NCBI GenBank assembly: GCA_965219415.1
Contig: CBDCNP010000002.1
Coordinates: 3,008,001 to 3,072,000 of the forward strand
Direction of reading: 5' to 3'
Length of the DNA: 64,000 nt
Origin: Candidatus Marinacidobacterales bacterium
Lineage (GTDB): Bacteria > Acidobacteriota > Vicinamibacteria > Marinacidobacterales > DATDRI01
The notes below the pieces were generated by a model that searched no databases, had not been told where the DNA came from, and saw nothing but the letters and a program-made list of their open reading frames with translations. Of the stretch, positions 57,183 through 64,000 are shown piece after piece. The position numbers and the translations under genes are program-made. The stretch's first letter is position 1; every line of letters starts with the position of its first letter.

Positions 57183-59768
57183 TCAGAACGAGACGGTTGT
57201 GGTCATCGACACCGTCCGCGGCGCGCCGAGCCAGGCGGCGTTCTCGGTGATGGCTGAGAGGTAGGCGCTGTCGAGCAAGTTATTCACCACAATCGAGAAC
57301 TCCGTCGATCGGAGCAAATTGCTCAACGCCTCGCCCGAGAAACTGATGTAGGCGTCCACCAGCCAGTAGGCGTCCGCGTACCAGTCCGCGGTCAGGCTGA
57401 CACGCCGCGACGACGTGTACTTGGCGGTAAGTCCCGCGCCGAGCGGCCCGCTACGGTCAAGCGAAACGACCCACAGCCGGGCCGGCACCCCGGTGACGTC
57501 AGTGCCCGCCACGATGCCCTGGTTCGCGTCGACGAGTGAATCGCCGCTCCCGATGTACTCCGAGTCATTGAACGTGAAGGCGGTGTAGAAAGACGTCCGA
57601 TGCGGCATCTGCACTGTCGCCGAAAGCTCGATACCGCTCGTGTCGATACCGCCTGCGTTGAAGTAGGCTCCGCCTCCTGGGATGAGGTAGTTGGGACCGG
57701 CAGGCGTTTGCGGGCCGAGGTAGAAGATCCGGTTCTCGAAATCGATGGTGTACCAGGTGGCGCTCAATGCCACCCGGTCCCCCGAATACTGCAGCCCGAT
57801 ATCGATGTTCGAAGCGGTTTCCGGTTCGAGCAGGTCAAGACTCCGGCCCGGCACCTCAAGCAGCGTGCTGCTGAACGCCTTGAAGTTCTGGGCATAGCCC
57901 GCAAAGAAGTCGAGCCCTTCGACCGGCGTATCATATGTGACGCCACCGGAGAAGAGCAGGTCCGAATCGGAATCGACGGTCAGGTCCGGGTCGACATTGA
58001 ACAAGTCCTCGCGCGACACGCCCACGAGGAACTGCTTGACGCCGCCGCTCAGCGCGAACGGGCCAGCGTAGATCGTCTCCTCGACGTACCACTTGAAGAC
58101 GTTCTGCGGGAAATCCCACTCGTACTGGTGCCAGTAGGCTTGCTCATCCCACTTGAAGCTGAGCGTCGGGTCCAGCATCCGGTGCCAGTCCCGGCCAAGG
58201 TCCCGCCGCGAGTCTTCGTACCAGATGCCGGCGCGCAGCGTGCTGCCGGCGTCGCCGATGGTAGTGAACCACTCCTCGTCGAGCGTCACGCCGACACGGT
58301 CCTTCCCGTAGTGGCTGTGGCGGTACGACTGCACCGCAGTAGCGCCGGGGTGGCACACCGGGTCGACCTCCGGACCTCCCGAGCCGTAGTAGTTGAAGAT
58401 GTAGGACGACGTACATCCGGGCATCGGCCCGACAGCAACTCCGTTCCGGTTCACGAACCGGATCAAGCCGAGCTGCGCACCGCCCCGGACTGGTGTCCCG
58501 CCCATCAACTCCGACTCCGGCCCGCCGTCGTCGGTGACGTCGACGATGTAAGGGGGCAGCCAGTCGCCGCGGCCCCGGTTGCGATGAAAATAGGCGCCCA
58601 AGCTCAGCGAGGTGACGTCGCTGAACGACCAATCCGCCTTCAGGTAGCCGAACGTGTTGTTCCGCCGGGTCTGCCAGCCGGGCCGGTAGAACTGGTTCAG
58701 GTATGGCACACCGGGCCAGTCGCCGACCAGGCGGTCCCACCGCGGGTTGGCCCTGAAGTCGGCATCGCTGTAGATCCGCTGGTAGGTGTCCTCGTGGATG
58801 CTGTCGTACGAGATGTAGCTGGTCAGATCGAGGCGTCCGTGCGACGAAACGAGCTTGGCGGCGACGTGCTCCCGCTCGTTCCGCGCGGAGCCCTGCACCC
58901 AGTCGGTCGCCTCCTGACGGACCGTGGCGAGCCAGGCACGCGTCTCACCACCGAACAACGATCCGGTGTCGACCCGCATCGAGAACCGCCTGCCGTCGTT
59001 CTCGCCGATCGTGGCCGACGCGGTATAGGTCCGCTCCGCCGCCGGATTGTCCGTCAGGTAGTTGAAGGTGCCACCCAGCGCCTCGACCGATCGGGAGGCT
59101 ATGTCGGCCGTCCCCTGAGACACCTCGACACCTCCGAGGTTCATCGGGTCGATGAACCGGTTCGCCTTGGCACCGCTCCAGTAGTCGGAGGTGCCGTTCG
59201 GAAAACCGTCGATGGTTGTGCCGATCTGCGCGTCGTTGATGGTCACCTGAAAGCCGCGCATGGCGACGTTGCTCGACCAGTCGTCGAAGCCGTAGGCGTC
59301 CCCCTCCTGGACGGATACACCGGGGAGGTTGTCCACCACCGACGTCACGCTGGTGATGTTTGACTGCTGCAGCATCATCGGTTCGGCGACGACGTTGCGC
59401 GCGAAGGTCTGGGGCTCCTCGGCGACGACGCTGACCGTTTCCAGCAGCCGCGTGACCTGCAGGCTGACGTTCACCGTCGGCGCGGACGCGGCGGCCAGCT
59501 CGACGGTACGCGCCAACTCCTCGAAGCCTGGCAGTGTGAACGTAATGGTGTACACGCCCGGCGGCAGCGCCTCGAACACGTAACTTCCGTCCCCATCGGT
59601 TACAACCACGTACGGGCCGCCGGCCAGCGCGGGTCCCGCGGCTGCGACGGTCACGCCGGGCAGCACACCGCCGGTTTCGTCGGTGACCGTGCCCGCAATT
59701 CGGCCGTCCTGCGCACTGGCGGCGCACGGGGCTACCACCAAGCATGTCACAATCAGAGCGATCTTCAT
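57183..59768 (-). CDS. TonB-dependent receptor with carboxypeptidase-regulatory-like N-domain
   Basis: Signal peptide, GTVTDETGGVLPGVTV, plug (LPGV...RGF...IDG), C-terminal NLLD...GAPRT...F. Confidence 0.93.
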   Translation of the reverse strand: MKIALIVTCLVVAPCAASAQDGRIAGTVTDETGGVLPGVTVAAAGPALAGGPYVVVTDGDGSYVFEALPPGVYTITFTLPGFEELARTVELAAASAPTVNVSLQVTRLLETVSVVAEEPQTFARNVVAEPMMLQQSNITSVTSVVDNLPGVSVQEGDAYGFDDWSSNVAMRGFQVTINDAQIGTTIDGFPNGTSDYWSGAKANRFIDPMNLGGVEVSQGTADIASRSVEALGGTFNYLTDNPAAERTYTASATIGENDGRRFSMRVDTGSLFGGETRAWLATVRQEATDWVQGSARNEREHVAAKLVSSHGRLDLTSYISYDSIHEDTYQRIYSDADFRANPRWDRLVGDWPGVPYLNQFYRPGWQTRRNNTFGYLKADWSFSDVTSLSLGAYFHRNRGRGDWLPPYIVDVTDDGGPESELMGGTPVRGGAQLGLIRFVNRNGVAVGPMPGCTSSYIFNYYGSGGPEVDPVCHPGATAVQSYRHSHYGKDRVGVTLDEEWFTTIGDAGSTLRAGIWYEDSRRDLGRDWHRMLDPTLSFKWDEQAYWHQYEWDFPQNVFKWYVEETIYAGPFALSGGVKQFLVGVSREDLFNVDPDLTVDSDSDLLFSGGVTYDTPVEGLDFFAGYAQNFKAFSSTLLEVPGRSLDLLEPETASNIDIGLQYSGDRVALSATWYTIDFENRIFYLGPQTPAGPNYLIPGGGAYFNAGGIDTSGIELSATVQMPHRTSFYTAFTFNDSEYIGSGDSLVDANQGIVAGTDVTGVPARLWVVSLDRSGPLGAGLTAKYTSSRRVSLTADWYADAYWLVDAYISFSGEALSNLLRSTEFSIVVNNLLDSAYLSAITENAAWLGAPRTVSMTTTVSF

Positions 59769-59890
59769 TGCCAGCTACCCCCCCTCCACGTTACTCGAGG
59801 CTACGAACACAACACGACGCTCACACGCCGCCACCGAGTCACGGCCGTGAGAGAACGTTTACACTTCTACATCATTTTATGTGACATTTG

Positions 59891-59968
59891 GATGCTTCCG
59901 CCATTAAATGTTGGTGAGATGACGCTAAGACCCTACGGTGCATTAAATTACAGCTAAAATAACGCTCA
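59891..59968 (+). repeat. MITE B2 left half
   Basis: GATGCTTCCGCCATTAAATGTTGGTGAGATGACGCTAAG. Confidence 0.75.
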
Positions 59969-60074
59969 CGAAACGCTTGAGTCGATAGCTCGGAAGCCAT
60001 GCTTCGAGAAGCCGATGGTCGGGAAGTCGAGGACCTGAACAGGCGGGTCCGGGCCGTGCTGAGTCACGCCGTCG

Positions 60075-60263
60075 CCGCTTCACCGTGTTCGGCGCGATCT
60101 TGTGGCCCAGGTTGGCCATAGCTCCTTGGATTCGAGCGTAGCCCCAAGACGGGCTCGACTTGGCCATGCGCACGACCAACTCCTCGATTTCCGACGAGAT
60201 GGGCGGACGCCCCGTTTGACGACGAGGGTACGTCCATTGCCTCGCGATGAGCTCACGGTGCCA
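60075..60263 (-). pseudogene. rve transposase HTH fragment
   Basis: WHRELIAR...GRPP...SPSWGYARIQGAMANLGH. Confidence 0.8.
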
Positions 60264-62885
60264 CACGAAGGACTTGACGGCGATCGGGCGGTTCGGGATC
60301 GGCTTCAAGTCGGTCTATGCCTTCACGGACCGGCCCGAGGTCCACTCCGGCACGGAAGCCTTCGCCATCGAGAGCTTTGTCTGGCCGGTCGCCACATCGG
60401 AGGTCGCGCGTGACCCAGAGGAGACTGTCATCGCCATCCCCCTCAAGGCTACTGACGAATCCGGGCATGACGAGATTGCTCTCGGACTCGGCAGCCTCGG
60501 TGCCTCGGCGCTGCTGTTCCTGCGCCAGATCGAGGAAATTCGCTGGAGCGTTGAGGGCGGTCGGTCGAGGCGCTACCTCCGGGAATCAAAGGAAATCGAG
60601 GCCGGCGTTCGGCGCGTGACCGTAATTGACCAGGAACAAGATCAACCGGACTCTAGTAAAGAGTGGCTGGTCATCTCGCAAGCCGTGACCGCGGAGGATG
60701 GCGAGCCAGCGGGGCATGTCGAGCTCTCGTTCTCACTGGCTAGAGACAAGAGCTCCCAGCGAGAGCGCATCCAACGCGTCGAACGTTCCCCGCTCGTGGT
60801 ATTTTTCTCGACAGTACTGGAGACGCACCTCGGCTTCCTTGTTCAGGGCCCCTACCGGACGACCCCAAGCCGCGACAACGTGCCGCACAGCGACACTTGG
60901 AATCAGAGCCTCGTAGGGCAGACCGCTTCGCTCCTCGGGGAAGCCCTCTGCTGGCTGCGGGATAACGATCTCCTCGACACGGCGGGGCTCCGGTGCCTGC
61001 CGCTTGATCCGGTGAAGTTCGGAGAATCCAGCATGTTCGCGCCGCTCTACGATGCTACGAAGTCGGCGCTCTCGTCAGAGTGTCTGCTGCCGCGTTTCGA
61101 CGCCGGACATGTGACAGCCACTTGCGCACGGCTCGGACGCACGCAGGAACTGCGCGAGCTGTTCACGCCGACACAGCTCGCAGCGCTCTACGGAGAGGAG
61201 AACCAGCTCGTCTGGCTGAGCGAAGACATCACGCAGGATCGGACGCCTGAGCTTCGCCGCTACCTGATGCAGGAGCTGGACGTCCCGGAATTCACGCCGG
61301 AGACCGTCATCCCGCGTCTCGATCAAGGATTTCTTGAGGCACAATCCGACGACTGGATCGGGAAGCTCTACAAGTTCCTCAACGGGCAGCCCCGATTACG
61401 GCGACAGTTCCAAGTTCTGCCACTAATCAGGCTTGATGACGGTAGGCACGTCTCGCCGCGCTCGGACGGCCAGCCCCAGGCGTTTCTGCCGGGTCCGATC
61501 GAGACGGGCTTCCCGGTTGTGCGCGCCGCAGTGTGCGTCGGCGAGACGTCGTTCGAGTTCTTGCGGTCACTGGGGCTGATGGAGCCCGACCCAGTGGATG
61601 ACATCGTCCGGAACGTTCTCCCGAAGTACCAGCAGGACGAGGTCGATGTGAGCGATGCAGATTATGAAGCGGATATTCGTCGGATACTTAACGCGTTTGG
61701 CACGGATTCGAAGAAGCGACGAGAGAAGCTGGTGGCTGCACTGCGCGGGACGGCGTTCGTGAAGGCTATTCACGCGGGCGATGGATACAAAGCGGTCAAG
61801 AAACCGGGCGAGCTCTATCTAGCAACGGAACGCCTCAAGAAGCTGTTTGCCAGCGTTGATGGTGTGTTTCTCGTCAACGACGCCTACGCATGCCTGCGGG
61901 GCGAAGACATCCGCGAGCTACTCGAAGTATGCGGTGCCACGCGGTCTCTGCAACCGGTTCCCGTCGAGTGCCACCTGTCATGGAGGGAACGGACCGAGAT
62001 CCGGCGGACTCAGGGCCTTGAGCGATCGACGTGGGAGCGGCGAACCGACGACAAGACACTTCGTGGGCTGGATGCGCTGTTGAGTCTGCTGCCGAGCGTC
62101 GGACCGGCTGAACGGCGACAAAGGTCGGCTCTGCTTTGGAAGGCCCTCGCAGATGTCGAGAGCCGTCAAGGCTCTCGAACGTTCGAAGTCGAGTATACAT
62201 GGAGCTATTCGCACGAGATGAAAACGGCCACGTTCGACGCCGCCTTCGTTAAACAGCTTCAGGAAAGAGCATGGGTCCACGATGCAGACGGTAACCTGCT
62301 CGCCCCGGAGCTGGTCGTTTTCGACACGCTCGGTTGGAAGCCGAACCCGTTCCTCCTCTCCAAGATTCGCTTCAAGCCGCCGATCGTCGACCAACTCGCC
62401 AAGGAGGCGGGGATCGAGCCGGGGGTGTTGGACCTTCTCAAGAAGCATGGCATCACCAGCGAAGCTGACCTGCGCGAGCGACTCGGGGTGAAGGAGGAAC
62501 CCACATCCGACAACGTGGTCAATCCAGTTGCCATTGATGACGCGTTGAAGAGCCTGCTCGGCGACACACCGTCGCCGACACCCCCCGTTCCAGATCCCGC
62601 CGGAGTGGACCCTATGCCTCCAAGCGGCGGCGAGGGTAGCGGTAGCTGCACGTCGAGAAGCGCGGGCGGACGGCGGTTCATTTCATACGTTGCAACGCAT
62701 CCCGATGGCGAGGACTCTGACCCCGATGGCTTCGATCAAGCCGCGCATATGGCGCTTGAGGCGAAGGCCATCAAGTTCATCCTGTCAAAGCCAGGGTGGC
62801 AGCGAGCACCGACGCACAACCCGGGCTTCGATCTCTACGAGAAAGGACCGGATGAGCAGCCGACGCGGTGGTGTGAAATCAAAGC
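60264..62885 (+). pseudogene. Sacsin/NOV-like HATPase protein with C-terminal DUF3883-like nuclease, clipped at both ends
   Basis: IGRFGIGFKSVY GHKL motif at the start; NPGFDL...EIK cut by MITE B2 at 62886. Confidence 0.8.
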
Positions 62886-63051
62886 GGTGCTTGCGCTGTT
62901 TGCTGTTGGTGATGTGTACGTATCCCTTTGCAAAAAAAGCGCTTACGCTCCATTTAGCGCACGGCGAAGGTCGTGAGCGCTATTTTGGCTGTAATTTAAT
63001 GCAGCGTAAAGTCTTAGCGTCATCTCACCAACACTTAATAGCGGAAGCACC
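62886..63051. mobile_element. MITE B2 copy (inverted)
   Basis: 166 bp. Confidence 0.88.
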
Positions 63052-63174
63052 GCTTTATGCTCGAAGCGTGAGGTTTGGGGCCGTCCCGTCGGCTTGCTGC
63101 AACTGCCCGACGGATCGCTTCTCGTGAGCGACGACGGTGGCGGGAAGATCTGGAGGATTACCTACCGCGGTTAG
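63052..63174 (+). pseudogene. C-terminal fragment of a PQQ-dependent sugar/sorbosone dehydrogenase
   Basis: Manual translation WGRPVGLLQLPDGSLLVSDDGGGKIWRITYRG*. Confidence 0.75.
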
Positions 63175-63225
63175 GGCTTGAGCGCCGCGGGTTCCTGCAG
63201 GGCGACGGCTAGCTCTCGCAAGGGT

Positions 63226-63383
63226 TGTGATCCGCAAAAAAGGAAGATCGGCCAGAAGCAGCCGACCATGGCGAGTCTAAAACGCGCAATCAACGCTGGA
63301 TCGACTTTTTGCGGAGCACACCACTGACATTAGCATTCAAATGCCTCTAGCGGCGTAGCAGCCTTTGATGGCAGAAGCACCAC
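63226..63383. repeat. MITE J (63226-63320) plus degenerate B1 end
   Basis: Terminal motifs. Confidence 0.8.
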
Positions 63384-63395
63384 CTGCTAGCATCC

Positions 63396-64000
63396 TGTCC
63401 ATCATCATTACTTGTCCGGGACTGGACTCTAGGCCCGGACTGCCCTCGAGCTCATGCTGGAGAGCGTGGTCAGCGCGCGAGGGAAGGTTCTGAGGACGAA
63501 CTTCTCGGCGACCAGCCGAGTAGCGCGAGCGACCAAGCTGACTCAGGCTGCCTCTCGCCACTCGTATCGATGGTGCAGTCCACCGACTCGAGGCAGCGCG
63601 ACGACTTTCGCCGTAGGAGACGGTCGGTGCGTGATCGCTCTCAAGCTCGGTGTGTCCTTGTTCAGCCCCAAGTGGCAACGGTCCTCATGATAGTAGCTGA
63701 TGTAAGCTCGCACGAGCCGGATGAGATGACATGCGCCGAGAACCACGACGTGCTCAAGGAGCTCGCGACGGCAGCTGCCGACCCACCGCTCCGCGGTTCC
63801 GTTTTGCCATGGGCTGCGAAACGAAGTGCGAACGGGTTTTGTGCCCGTTGCCTTGATGAACTCGATGACCGCAGCGCTAAAGATGAAGTCGCGATCGAAG
63901 ATGAGATATTTCGGAGCGGTGTCGTAGGGAAACGCCTCACGCAGTTGCTGAATAACCCAAGCAGACGTCGGGTGGAAGGTGGCGTTGAAGTGAACGATGT
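63396..64000 (-). mobile_element. IS-C copy running off the right window edge
   Basis: Right TIR at 63396; transposase 3' part 63543-64000. Confidence 0.9.

Noticed and set aside
62881-63056. Inverted flanks AAAGC/GCTTT around MITE B2
   Set aside because: Not seen at the other three B2 copies; likely chance.

Overview
GC-rich bacterial accessory region; the gene content loosely suggests Acidobacteriota (inference only). I saw no core operons, rRNA, tRNA or CRISPR. The window is a mosaic of about 30 unrelated cargo segments separated by more than 50 short, recurring transposon-end sequences from about 10 families (labelled A-J here). A, C, D/E and F are the ends of rve/DDE IS elements whose transposase genes (or remnants) are in the window. 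The others occur only as 55-250 bp MITE-like or hybrid spacers. I found no target-site duplications and no interrupted gene whose halves lie on both sides of an element. Several intact single genes end within 1-12 bp of an element terminus, giving an integron-like cassette array with no integrase or attC. Cargo includes defence modules (type I RM hsdS/hsdM/truncated hsdR, a second broken hsdR with M48 hydrolase, Mrr, a DISARM-related helicase-SNF2-MTase operon, a membrane-anchored HerA/DUF87 ATPase, TA pairs), household genes (Na/Pi cotransporter, RmuC, ferredoxin, DoxX, amidohydrolase, TonB receptor) and four terminase-small-subunit-like genes or fragments without other phage genes. An IS110/IS1111 element sits inside a family-B terminal repeat. 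Its downstream non-coding region contains bridge/seekRNA-like loops matching that target and its own circle junction.
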